64,000 nucleotides of DNA from Candidatus Geohabitans tengchongensis (GTDB lineage: Bacteria > Sysuimicrobiota > Sysuimicrobiia > Sysuimicrobiales > Humicultoraceae), in the NCBI GenBank assembly GCA_031459625.1, contig JAVKIH010000001.1, positions 117,187-181,186 on the forward strand, written 5' to 3'. Of the stretch, positions 1 to 9,052 are shown in pieces. Each line of letters opens with the position of its first letter. Position 1 is the first letter of the stretch. The notes below the pieces were generated by a model. That model had not been told where the DNA came from. It made no database searches and worked only from the letters and a program-made list of their open reading frames with translations. The position numbers were made by a program, and so were the translations under genes.

Positions 1-109
1 CTTCGACTCCCTGGAGGAGGCCCTCGCCTCGGCCACCGGCGAGGCGTGAGCCCGTGAGCCGGCCGGCCCGGCCGCATCCGGGCGGGTAGCGAGGGCCGGC
101 CGCCGAGCG

Positions 110-1366
110 ATGAGCCCGGTCTGGTACAAAGCCCCCGACCCCCATCCGGGTCCCGACGAGGTCGCGCAGGTTGTGGCCGGCATCCTGGCGGATGTCCGCG
201 CCCGCGGGGATGCAGCGGTGCGCGAACACACGCGGCGCTTCGACGGCGTCGACCGTCCCTCGCCGGTCGTCCCCCGCCAGGCGGCCCTGGCCGCGCTGGA
301 CGGGCTCGACCCCCTCACCCGCGAGGCCCTGCAGTGGGCGCACGACCACATCGCCGCCTTCGCCCGGGCCCAGCGCGACGCGCTGCATCCCCTGGAGGTC
401 GAGGTGGAGCCCGGCGTGCGGGCGGGCCACCGCCTCCTCCCGGTCGGGGCGGCCGGGTGCTACGTCCCGGGCGGACGCCATCCGCTCCCCTCCACCGCGC
501 TCATGACCATCGTGCCGGCGCGCGTCGCCGGGGTGCGGCGGGTGGCGGCCTGCGCCCCACCCGGCCCGGACGGCCAGATCCACCCCGTGACCCTCGCCGC
601 CATGGCCCTCGCCGGCGCCGACGAGATCTACTGCATGGGCGGCGCGCAGGCGGTGGCCGCGTTGGCCTTCGGCACGGCCACGGTCGCCCCGGTCGACGTC
701 GTCGTGGGTCCGGGCAACCGCTACGTGGTGGAGGCGAAGCGGCAGGTCTACGGCACCGTCGGTGTGGACCTCCTCGCCGGCCCCTCCGAGGTGTGCGTGG
801 TGGCCGACGGGAGCGCGGCCCCCGAGCTCGTCGTCGCCGACCTGCTGGCCCAGGCGGAGCACGACCCCGACGCCCGGGCGGTCCTGGTCACCACCGAGGA
901 GCGGCTGGCGCAGGTGGTAGTGGAGGTGGTCGCCGCGCGCCTCCGCACGATGCCCGCCCAGGCGGCGGCCCGCCGGGCCTGGGAGGGGCGCGGAGAGGTC
1001 ATCCTGGTGGCCGACATTGTGGAGGCCGCGAGCGTCGTGGACCGCCTGGCTCCCGAGCACGTCCTGCTCCACCTGCGCGACCCGGCCCCGCTGGCGGAGC
1101 GGCTCACCGCCTACGGGGCCCTCTTCGTCGGACCGAACAGTGCGGAGGTCTTCGGGGACTACGGCGTCGGTCCCACCCACGTCCTGCCCACCGGGGGGGC
1201 GGCCCGCTTCGCCTCGGGCCTCTGGGTGGGGCACTTCCTGCGGGTCGCCCCCTACCTCGAGGTCTCTCCTGCGGGGGCCGCCGCGCTGGTCCCCGTGGCG
1301 ACCCGCCTGGCTGAGATCGAGGGGTTACCCGGCCACGCCTACGCGGCCCGGCTGCGCCTGCCCTGA
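110..1366 (+). CDS. hisD: histidinol dehydrogenase
   Basis: 418-aa ORF with a full-length HisD signature (…GGAQAVAALAFGT…VVGPGNRYVVEAKRQVYGTVGVDLLAGPSEV…AEHDPDA…). ATG start at 110. Confidence 0.9.
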   Translation: MSPVWYKAPDPHPGPDEVAQVVAGILADVRARGDAAVREHTRRFDGVDRPSPVVPRQAALAALDGLDPLTREALQWAHDHIAAFARAQRDALHPLEVEVEPGVRAGHRLLPVGAAGCYVPGGRHPLPSTALMTIVPARVAGVRRVAACAPPGPDGQIHPVTLAAMALAGADEIYCMGGAQAVAALAFGTATVAPVDVVVGPGNRYVVEAKRQVYGTVGVDLLAGPSEVCVVADGSAAPELVVADLLAQAEHDPDARAVLVTTEERLAQVVVEVVAARLRTMPAQAAARRAWEGRGEVILVADIVEAASVVDRLAPEHVLLHLRDPAPLAERLTAYGALFVGPNSAEVFGDYGVGPTHVLPTGGAARFASGLWVGHFLRVAPYLEVSPAGAAALVPVATRLAEIEGLPGHAYAARLRLP

Positions 1367-1475
1367 AATCGGGCCTGGGCTTGACTACGAACATATGTTC
1401 GCGCTAGGGTGGTGCTGAGGGAGATCCACTTCGGCTCTGCGATCCGTCCCGGGCGTCCAGTGTGGAGGACGGGTT

Positions 1476-2714
1476 TTGGCGTGGAAGCTCACCGATCGTA
1501 CGCCGCCGAGCTGCGGTCGCGCGGGGAAGAGGCTGAGTGATTGGGTGATGATACACGGCGCTGCGGCAGAGCCTCACGGACTCCCGCTCATTGCGGCCGC
1601 GGCGGAGGCGGCGCTGAACAGGCTCGCGGCAGAGGCAGGCCCGCCGGTCGCCGTGAGTGCCCCGTCGACGGTCACGCCTCGCCTCTTCCACCCTGTCGGC
1701 GAGCGGTCGACTCCAAGGGTGCAGTGGGTCGAGGTCAGGGTCAGGTCCGTCCTCAACCGCGTCCGCGGCATGCCCTTCCGCTGGTCCATCAACCCCTACC
1801 GGGGATGCCAGATGGCCTGCACCTACTGCTTTGCGCGGGTCACCCACTGGTACCTCGACCAGGACGGCGTGGGGCAGTGGTCCTCGCGCATCTTCGTGAA
1901 GGTGAACGCCCCGGAGGTCCTGCGCCGGGAGCTGGCACGTCCCACGTGGCGGCGGGAACAGGTGCACATCGGCACCGCCACCGACCCGTACCAGCCCGCT
2001 GAGGGCGCCTACCGCCTCACCCGGCGCATCCTGGAAGCCCTGCGCGACTCCGACACCCCCGCGGCGCTGGTGACGAAGTCGACGATGGCCGTGCGGGACG
2101 TGGACGTCCTGGGGCAGCTGGCCGCCGGGCCGGGTGCCTTCGTCTACTTCACCGTGACGACCGTCGACCCGGTCCTGGCCCGGGAGCTGGAACCCGACGC
2201 GCCCCCGCCCCAGCGGCGGCTAGAGGCCATGGCACGCCTGGCCGACGCCGGCATCCCGGTGGGCGTGCTCCTCGCCCCGGTGCTCCCCGGCATCACCGAC
2301 CGCGAGGAGCAGCTGGCCGCGGTGGTCGAGGCCGCGCGGCACTACGGGGCCAGGGCGCTCTCCACCAACACGCTCTACCTGGGGGAGGTGACGCGCGAGG
2401 CCTTCTTCGCCTACCTGACGCAGCGGCGGCCGGCGCTGGTCCCGGAGTACGAGCGGCTCTACCGCGGGACGTACGCACCCCGGAGCTACCAGCGGCGCGT
2501 GCGCGAGGTCGTGGCTGCGCTGAAGGCGCGCGCCGGGTTCAGCACGTCCCCGCAGGCGTCAGCCCGTCCCGGGCCCACTGCGGGCCGCGGAGCGCGCATG
2601 CGCAAGGGGGCGCCTGGGCGTCCTGAGGCGGTGCTGCTGCGTTCGGCAGACGGCCGGGTGCGCCAGACGGCCCCGGCGCTCGAGGTGCGCCAGACCGTGC
2701 TGGCGCTCGGGTGA
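1476..2714 (+). CDS. radical SAM protein, spore-photoproduct-lyase-like DNA repair family (Rv2578c-like)
   Basis: CxxxCxxC motif sits in the conserved context 'INPYRGCQMACTYCFAR'. TTG start at 1476 follows a GGAGGA box by 6 nt. GTG 1545 and ATG 1548 are alternative starts. Confidence 0.7.
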   Translation: MAWKLTDRTPPSCGRAGKRLSDWVMIHGAAAEPHGLPLIAAAAEAALNRLAAEAGPPVAVSAPSTVTPRLFHPVGERSTPRVQWVEVRVRSVLNRVRGMPFRWSINPYRGCQMACTYCFARVTHWYLDQDGVGQWSSRIFVKVNAPEVLRRELARPTWRREQVHIGTATDPYQPAEGAYRLTRRILEALRDSDTPAALVTKSTMAVRDVDVLGQLAAGPGAFVYFTVTTVDPVLARELEPDAPPPQRRLEAMARLADAGIPVGVLLAPVLPGITDREEQLAAVVEAARHYGARALSTNTLYLGEVTREAFFAYLTQRRPALVPEYERLYRGTYAPRSYQRRVREVVAALKARAGFSTSPQASARPGPTAGRGARMRKGAPGRPEAVLLRSADGRVRQTAPALEVRQTVLALG

Positions 2715-2831
2715 CTCCGGCCGGGTGCCCACCCCGGTGCGCCCGCGCCGGCGGCCGATCCCGCCGGCGGCACTTCCGTTGACAGCCCCAGAGACCCTCC
2801 CTACGCTAGATTCGCCAAGGAGGGACACCGC

Positions 2832-3968
2832 GTGTCGCAGGGGGCGCGTCCGCAGGTTCAGGCCGGGCTGGAAGGGGTCGTCGCGGCGGCCTCCGCCATC
2901 TCCTTCGTCGACGGTCAGGAAGGCCGGCTCCTCTACCGCGGGTACGACATCCACGACCTCGCCGAGCACAGCACCTTCGAGGAGGTCGTCTACCTCCTCT
3001 GGCACGGCGAGCTGCCCACCCGGGCCCAGCTCACGGCGCTGCGTCGCGAGCTGGGGGAGGCCCGGGCCCTCCCCGACGGGGCGCTGCGGGTGCTGCGGGT
3101 CCTGCCGGCCAACGCCGACCCCATGGACGCGCTGCGCACGGCCACCTCGGCGCTCGGTGCCCTGGATCCGGACGGGCGTGCGCCGGCGGTGGAGGCGGCG
3201 CGGCGCATCGCCGGGCGGCTGGTGGCGCAGTTCCCCACGGTGGTGGCCGCTTTCCACCGGTTGCGCCAAGGACTCGACCCGGTCGCTCCCACCCCCACCC
3301 GCGGGCACGCCGCCGACTTCCTGGCCATGCTCTTCGGCCGTGAGCCCGAGCCGGAGCTGGCACGGGCGATGGACGTCGCCCTCATCCTCCACGCCGACCA
3401 CGAGCTGAACGCCAGCACCTTCGCCGCGCGCGTCACCGCCGCCACCCTCTCCGACATGTACGCCGCCGTCACCTCGGCGGTGGGGACGCTCAAGGGGCCG
3501 CTCCACGGCGGGGCCAACGAGGACGTCATGCGCGTGCTGCAGGAGATCGGCCGCCTGGAGCGGGTGCGCCAGGTCGTCCACGCGAAGCTGGAGCGCAAGG
3601 AGAAGATCCCCGGCTTCGGCCACCGCGTCTACCGCACCGAGGACCCGCGGGTCCGGCACCTCCGCCGCCTGGCCCGGGAACTGGGAGCGCGGGCCGGCGA
3701 CCTGACCTGGTTCGAGCTGACCCGGGCGCTGGAGGAGGTGGTGCGGGAGGAGAAGGGCCTCTACCCCAACGTCGACCTCTACTCCGCCGCCACCTACCAG
3801 GCCATGGGGATCCCCATGGACCTGTTCACCTCGGTCTTCGCGGTCAGCCGCATCAGCGGCTGGACCGCCCACGTGCTGGAGCAGTACGGCGACAACCGCC
3901 TCATCCGGCCGCGCGCCGAGTACATCGGGCCGCAGCGCCGGGCCTACGTCCCGCTCGACCTGCGCTAG
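2832..3968 (+). CDS. gltA: citrate synthase
   Basis: 378-aa ORF with citrate synthase motifs (…LILHADHELNASTFAARVTAAT…GPLHGGANE…). GTG start is preceded by AGGAGGG. Confidence 0.9.
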   Translation: MSQGARPQVQAGLEGVVAAASAISFVDGQEGRLLYRGYDIHDLAEHSTFEEVVYLLWHGELPTRAQLTALRRELGEARALPDGALRVLRVLPANADPMDALRTATSALGALDPDGRAPAVEAARRIAGRLVAQFPTVVAAFHRLRQGLDPVAPTPTRGHAADFLAMLFGREPEPELARAMDVALILHADHELNASTFAARVTAATLSDMYAAVTSAVGTLKGPLHGGANEDVMRVLQEIGRLERVRQVVHAKLERKEKIPGFGHRVYRTEDPRVRHLRRLARELGARAGDLTWFELTRALEEVVREEKGLYPNVDLYSAATYQAMGIPMDLFTSVFAVSRISGWTAHVLEQYGDNRLIRPRAEYIGPQRRAYVPLDLR

Positions 3969-4176
3969 CCGCTGCCGCCGCCATCTGCCTGCCGGACGAC
4001 CGGTGGCGGGGTGCGCCTCCATGGCTGCCAGGCCGGGAGAGGCCCGAGGCGAGTGGTCGGGCGCCGGCCGGATGGACGCATCGGTCCAGGGTCCGATAGT
4101 CCGATCCCGGTGTGGGCCGTAGGCTGGAGGTAGGCCGTGACGTTGGCCTTCGGGATGGGCGACGGCCGGGGGCGCG

Positions 4177-6363
4177 ATGAGCCTGCGCCGACGGATCATG
4201 GTGCTGGCGGCCATCGGGATGGTGGCCGCCACTGCGCCGTTGGGGCTCATGGGCGTCGGGATGCTCCGTGCCGCCACCGAGCGCGTCCTGGCCGAACGGC
4301 TCGCCCTGACGCGGGTGACGGCGGAGCACCTCGACGGGCGGCTGAGCCGGAGCCGGGACCACCTGGTGGTCCTGGCGCGCCTGGTGGCGGCCGCGCGGGC
4401 GCGCGGCCGTCTCGGGGAGATGCGCCCCGTCCTCGCGGCCATCACCCTCGAGTCCACAGTGTTCACTGGCGGAGTCCTCCTGACGGACGCCGCGGGTGAG
4501 CTGGTCTTCCAGGAACCCGGCACCGACGCTCTGGCGTTGTCCCGTCAGGACCTGCGCCCGGTGATCCACCAGACCCTGAGCACGGGGCGACCGGCCGTCA
4601 GCACGCTGCTCCGCACGGCCGGCAGCCTCCCCGTCGTCGTCATGACGGTGCCGGTTCCCGGTCCGGGACCCCGGCCGGCGGGAGTGCTGGCCGGAGTGAT
4701 CAACCTGGCGGACCCTGCCCTGCAGACGTTCGTGGAGGGCATGGCCGTCGGCACCACGGGGCACGCCGTCGTCGTGGATGCGGACGGCGTCGTCCTGATG
4801 AGCACCGACCGCAGGGAACTCTTCACGCGGGGCGAGCACCCGGAGTTCTTCATCCGGCACATGCGGGCACGGAAGGCCGCCGTGGGGCCGACGGAGGACC
4901 GCGAGGGGCACGCCATGGCCTTCGTGCCCCTGACGACGGTGCCCTGGGGCGTCGCGGCCGGCCAGGACGAAGAGGAGACCTTCGGCCCGATCCGGCGGCT
5001 GCGCGACCGCATCGTGCTCTTCGGGCTGGCGGTGCTGGCCGCCGCCCTCCTCTTCGCGTGGGTGGACACCGGGGCGGTCGCCGCCCCGCTGCGGTTGCTG
5101 CAGGAGAACGCCGAGCGCATTGCCCGCGGCGACCTGGGGCGTCCCGTGGACGTGCAGCGGGGCGACGAGATCGGCGCGCTGGCGCGGAGCTTCGAGACGA
5201 TGCGGGTCAGGCTCCTGGCCTCTCTGGAAGAGATCCAGCGCCGGGCCGTCGCCTCCCAGGCCCTCTACGAGGTGGGCACCGAGGTGTTGAGTCTGCGGGA
5301 CCGGGATGCGGTGCTGCGTTCTGTCGCCGCCCGTGCCGCCTCGCTCCTCCGGGCCGACGTCGCCGTCGTGTGCCTGTTCGCCGGGCGGGGCGACCGGGCC
5401 GTCGTGCGCGCGGCGTCCGGCCCGGCGGCCGGCGCCGTCGCCCGGGGGAGCACCTTCCCGGTGCCGGCCGGTGATCTCCAGCAGGGCTGCGTGACCTGTG
5501 CCAACATCGACGCGGCGCTCCGCTCGTCGCACCTGGCGGTGCCGCTCACCGTCGGTCGCCGCACGGTGGGTGCGCTCTGTGTCGCCTCCTCCACTCCACG
5601 GACCTTCTCCCCGGAGGACCGCGAGATCCTCAACGGCCTGGCCAACCTGGCCGCTATCGCCGTGGAGAATGCACGGCTGCAGGGGCAGGTGCGGTCACTG
5701 GCGGTCGCTGAGGAGCGCGAGCGCATCGCGCGGGAACTCCACGACAGTGTTGGCCAGGTGTTGGGCTACGTCAACACCAAGGTCCAGGCAGTGAAGCTCC
5801 TGCTGGAGGCCGGGAAACTGCCGGAGGCCCTGGCACAGCTGGGGCAGCTGGAGGACGCGGCGCGCACGAGCTACGCTGACCTGCGGGAGGCCATCCTGGG
5901 GCTGCGCACCGAGATCTCGCCCCACTGCCGGCTGGTGGACGCCTTGCGGGAGTATGTCAGCCGTTTCAGTGAGCTGAGCGGTGTGGAGACCCGGTTGCTC
6001 GTCGAGGGCGATCCTGCCGCATACCTCGTGGACCCGCCCGTCGAGCTCCACCTGATCCGCATCGTCCAGGAAGCGCTGGCCAACGTCCGCAAGCACGCGC
6101 GGGCCCGGCGCGCCTGGGTCTGGTTGGTGGAGCGGGGAGGGACCCTGATGGTGTCCGTCAGCGACGACGGCGTGGGGTTCGACCCGGCCCGCGTCGGCGG
6201 GGGGCTGTGGCCGCGGTTCGGCTTGCAGACCATGCGCGAGCGGGCGGAAGCCATCGGCGGTTCGTTCGCGGTTCGCCGCCGCGACGGCGGGGGTACGGTG
6301 GTGAGCGTCTCCCTGCCCGTGCATCGCGGGGGACCTGTGGATGCGCGTGCTGCTGGTGGATGA
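4177..6363 (+). CDS. sensor histidine kinase (TM - extracytoplasmic domain - TM - HAMP - GAF - HisKA_3 - HATPase)
   Basis: 728 aa. Two hydrophobic segments flank a ~250-aa domain. The H-box 'ERERIARELHDSVGQVL' is typical of NarX/DegS-type HisKA_3. The C-terminus is ATPase-like. Confidence 0.85.
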   Translation: MSLRRRIMVLAAIGMVAATAPLGLMGVGMLRAATERVLAERLALTRVTAEHLDGRLSRSRDHLVVLARLVAAARARGRLGEMRPVLAAITLESTVFTGGVLLTDAAGELVFQEPGTDALALSRQDLRPVIHQTLSTGRPAVSTLLRTAGSLPVVVMTVPVPGPGPRPAGVLAGVINLADPALQTFVEGMAVGTTGHAVVVDADGVVLMSTDRRELFTRGEHPEFFIRHMRARKAAVGPTEDREGHAMAFVPLTTVPWGVAAGQDEEETFGPIRRLRDRIVLFGLAVLAAALLFAWVDTGAVAAPLRLLQENAERIARGDLGRPVDVQRGDEIGALARSFETMRVRLLASLEEIQRRAVASQALYEVGTEVLSLRDRDAVLRSVAARAASLLRADVAVVCLFAGRGDRAVVRAASGPAAGAVARGSTFPVPAGDLQQGCVTCANIDAALRSSHLAVPLTVGRRTVGALCVASSTPRTFSPEDREILNGLANLAAIAVENARLQGQVRSLAVAEERERIARELHDSVGQVLGYVNTKVQAVKLLLEAGKLPEALAQLGQLEDAARTSYADLREAILGLRTEISPHCRLVDALREYVSRFSELSGVETRLLVEGDPAAYLVDPPVELHLIRIVQEALANVRKHARARRAWVWLVERGGTLMVSVSDDGVGFDPARVGGGLWPRFGLQTMRERAEAIGGSFAVRRRDGGGTVVSVSLPVHRGGPVDARAAGG

Positions 6364-7009
6364 CCATCCCCTCTTCCGCGACGGCCTCCGAAGCCTGCTC
6401 CAGGCCCGGGGCGTTCAGGTCGTCGGCGAAGCCAGCGACGGGCAGGAAGCGCTCGAGCGCGCCTGGCAGCTTCGGCCCGACGTGGTCCTGATGGACATCA
6501 CCATGCCCCGGATGGATGGCCTGGAGGCCACGCGGCTCATCAAAGCCCGGATGCCCGACGTCAAAGTCGTCATCCTGACCGTCTCTGACGAGGACCGGAT
6601 GCTCTTCGAGGCGATCAAGAGCGGGGCGCAGGGCTACCTGCTCAAGAACCTGCGGGCTGACGAGTTCTTCGACCTGCTGAGTGGGATCGAGCGAGGCGAG
6701 GCTCCCATCACCCGCCGCCTGGCCAGCCGCATCCTGGAGGAGTTCGCCCGGGAACCCGGCGGCCCGAGCCGACCCGGGACGCACGACGCGCTCACCGAAC
6801 GGGAGCGCGACGTGCTCCGCTGCGTCAGCCAGGGCGCTTCCAACCGCGAGATCGCCGTCATGCTTCGCATCTCGGAGAACACGGTCAAATACCACATGAG
6901 GAACATCCTGGAAAAGCTGCACCTGCGGAACCGCGCCGAAGTGGTGGCCTACGCGGCCCGGCGGGGATGGCTCCCGCCGGAGCGGCCCCCGGACTCCGAC
7001 CCGCCCTAA
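6341..7009 (+). CDS. response regulator, NarL/LuxR family
   Basis: Receiver domain (MRVLLVDDHPLFRDGL…DVVLMDITMP) plus a LuxR-type HTH (ERERDVLRCVSQGASNREIAVMLRISENTVKYHMRNILEKL). It overlaps the kinase gene by 23 nt. Confidence 0.9.
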   Translation: MRVLLVDDHPLFRDGLRSLLQARGVQVVGEASDGQEALERAWQLRPDVVLMDITMPRMDGLEATRLIKARMPDVKVVILTVSDEDRMLFEAIKSGAQGYLLKNLRADEFFDLLSGIERGEAPITRRLASRILEEFAREPGGPSRPGTHDALTERERDVLRCVSQGASNREIAVMLRISENTVKYHMRNILEKLHLRNRAEVVAYAARRGWLPPERPPDSDPP

Positions 7010-7045
7010 CCCCGGCGCGGGAGGGCCCCGCCGGGTCCGGCCCCG

Positions 7046-7065
7046 CCCTACCCGAACGGGTAGGG
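7046..7065. promoter_or_regulatory. perfect 9-2-9 inverted repeat CCCTACCCG-AA-CGGGTAGGG, candidate binding site for the adjacent NarL-type regulator
   Basis: Palindrome read directly from the sequence. It lies ~37 nt after the regulator stop and ~140 nt before the cupredoxin operon. The TACCC half-sites resemble NarL heptamers (TACYYMT). Confidence 0.4.
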
Positions 7066-7205
7066 AGCTTGCCCACCTGCCTGGAGGGTCTGCACCACCC
7101 GTCCCCCTGCCCACTGGTGCGTTGTGGGCGGCGACGCGACCGCCTACCGTCGAAGCGGGCCGGCGCAGGAGCGCCGTCCACGTACCTCAGCGGAGGTGAG
7201 CAACG

Positions 7206-7688
7206 ATGGGGCGTGCAGTGGGGCTCGCCACCATGGTGCTCGTCCTGGCTCTCCTCGTGGGTGCTGCCACCGCGGGCGGCGGGCGGCAGGTGACCGTCAC
7301 CATGGGCGAAGACGGCCCGCGCATGTTCTTCCGCCCGGCTCGGATCGTGCTGGCGTCGGGCGTCGAGACGGAGCTCGTCCTGGTGAACCGCGGCAGGCTG
7401 AAGCACGAGTTCATGGTGTACGCGCCGCCGAAGCCCGGCATGTCGCGGGACGCCCTGCACGAGTGGGCCGAGGACAACAACTACTTCAAGGGCCTTGAGG
7501 TCACCGTGGAGGGTAGCGGGCTGGAAGTGGAGACCAGGGAGCTGATCGAGATCGAAGTCGCCGCGGGGAAATCCGCGGAAGTGAAGTTCACGCCGAAGAA
7601 GACCGGAACGTTTGAGATGGCCTGCCTGATCAAGGATCCGGTGGACCACTACCAGGCGGGGATGCGAGGCACGCTCGTGGTGAAGTAG
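7206..7688 (+). CDS. type-1 (blue) copper protein, plastocyanin/auracyanin-like, secreted
   Basis: N-terminal signal peptide. Candidate Cu ligands are His (LKHEF) … Cys-x7-His-x4-Met (FEMACLIKDPVDHYQAGMRGTLVVK), with the characteristic C-terminal GxLVV. GGAGG RBS. Confidence 0.7.
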   Translation: MGRAVGLATMVLVLALLVGAATAGGGRQVTVTMGEDGPRMFFRPARIVLASGVETELVLVNRGRLKHEFMVYAPPKPGMSRDALHEWAEDNNYFKGLEVTVEGSGLEVETRELIEIEVAAGKSAEVKFTPKKTGTFEMACLIKDPVDHYQAGMRGTLVVK

Positions 7689-7703
7689 TGGAGGTGCGGC
7701 GCC

Positions 7704-8153
7704 ATGGGGCAGAGAGCGGTCACCGCCAGCGCGGTCTTCGTGGCGGTCCTGGCGACGGCGGCGGCCATCTATCTGGTGGATCAAGGGTACCGCCCGCCCA
7801 TCTCGGCCGCGCCGCCGGTGACGCCGGAAATCCGCCGGTTCGACCTCTACCTGCACGCCTTCGAGGTGGGGGACCGCCCCGTCTATCACTGGATGCCGCC
7901 GACGCTGGTCGTCAATGCTGGCGACCCGGTGATGCTGCGGGTGATCAACGCCGACCCTGACAGTGCCCACGGGTTCGCCCTGGGCGCCTTCAACCTCGCG
8001 GTCCCCAGCATCCCGCCCGGGCAGGCCACCACCCTCCGCTTCCGGGCCACGCGGCCCGGTGTGTACCACTTCGGCTGCGCCCTCACCGGCTGCGCTGCGG
8101 ATCACGCCAGCCAGGTGGGCCAGCTCGTCGTCCTGGGCGACACGCCGCCGTGA
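7704..8153 (+). CDS. membrane-anchored cupredoxin-domain protein with a CuA-like Cys-x4-Cys-x3-His-x2-Gln motif
   Basis: N-terminal TM anchor (AVFVAVLATAAAIYLV). Sequence runs HGFAL … YHFGCALTGCAADHASQVGQLVV. RBS GGAGGTG. The stop overlaps the next gene's start. Confidence 0.65.
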   Translation: MGQRAVTASAVFVAVLATAAAIYLVDQGYRPPISAAPPVTPEIRRFDLYLHAFEVGDRPVYHWMPPTLVVNAGDPVMLRVINADPDSAHGFALGAFNLAVPSIPPGQATTLRFRATRPGVYHFGCALTGCAADHASQVGQLVVLGDTPP

Positions 8154-9052
8154 GGGTCTCGCGACGGTCCTTCCTCAAGCTTGCCGCCGCCGCCGGGATG
8201 GTCGCGGCATGGGCGGTGGGCGAGCCGGCGGCTCCGGTGCGCCGCCCGTGGGTGGGGGCGGGCCGCGGCGTGCCGGCCCTCGCCCGCAGCACGGGCCAGG
8301 CCGGTCGGCCACGTCGCTGGGTCATGGTGGTGGACCTGGCCAAGTGTGACGGCTGCCAGGAGTGCACCCGGGCGTGCACCGCCATGCACCGCGTCCCGCC
8401 AGGACAGGAGTGGATTCGGGTCTACGAGATGCGGGACGAGGCCACCGGCCTGGCCTACTGGCTGCCGCGTCCCTGCATGCAGTGCGACAACCCGCCGTGC
8501 GTGAAGGTCTGCCCGGTCAGCGCCACGTGGAAGCGCGACGACGGCATCGTCATGCAGGACACCAGCCGGTGCATCGGCTGTCGGTACTGCATCGCCGCGT
8601 GTCCCTACCAGGCCCGGGCCTTCAACTGGCTCGAGCCGGCCGCCACCCCCGAGCGGACCGGGGAGGCGTACGACCCCGAGTGGAACCGCGTGCATTTCAA
8701 GGGCACCACGGAGAAGTGCATCTTCTGCCCCGCCCTGATCAAGGAGGGGAAGCTTCCCGCCTGCGTGGCAGCCTGTCCCATGGGTGCCATCTATTTCGGC
8801 GACCGTGAGGAAGACGCCGTGACCAACTCCCAGGGCGAGACGGTCCGCTTCTCGGCGCTGGTGACCGAGCAGGCCGGCTACCGCCTGTTGGAGGAGCTGG
8901 GCACCGAGCCGCGCGTCTACTACCTGCCGCCGCGCCAGCGCCTCTACCCCGCGCCGCCGGCGGAGCCGGCGGCGGCACCTGTGCCGGCGGCGGCGCCGCG
9001 ACGGACCGTTCCGCCGGACCGGCCTGGCGCCGTCGGAGGTGCGGTGCCATGA
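8150..9052 (+). CDS. Tat-exported 4Fe-4S ferredoxin-type subunit, NrfC/PsrB/ActB2-like
   Basis: Twin-arginine motif RRSFLKLAAAAG. Multiple Cys clusters (CDGCQECTRAC…CMQCDNPPCVKVCP…CIGCRYCIAACP…CIFCP…CVAACP). GTG start overlaps the upstream stop. Confidence 0.85.
   Translation: MRVSRRSFLKLAAAAGMVAAWAVGEPAAPVRRPWVGAGRGVPALARSTGQAGRPRRWVMVVDLAKCDGCQECTRACTAMHRVPPGQEWIRVYEMRDEATGLAYWLPRPCMQCDNPPCVKVCPVSATWKRDDGIVMQDTSRCIGCRYCIAACPYQARAFNWLEPAATPERTGEAYDPEWNRVHFKGTTEKCIFCPALIKEGKLPACVAACPMGAIYFGDREEDAVTNSQGETVRFSALVTEQAGYRLLEELGTEPRVYYLPPRQRLYPAPPAEPAAAPVPAAAPRRTVPPDRPGAVGGAVP

Noticed and set aside
2559-4523. 654-aa minus-strand ORF
   Set aside because: Antisense to citrate synthase and the kinase. 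Arg/Ala/Gly/Pro-rich low-complexity translation typical of GC-driven open frames. No motifs.
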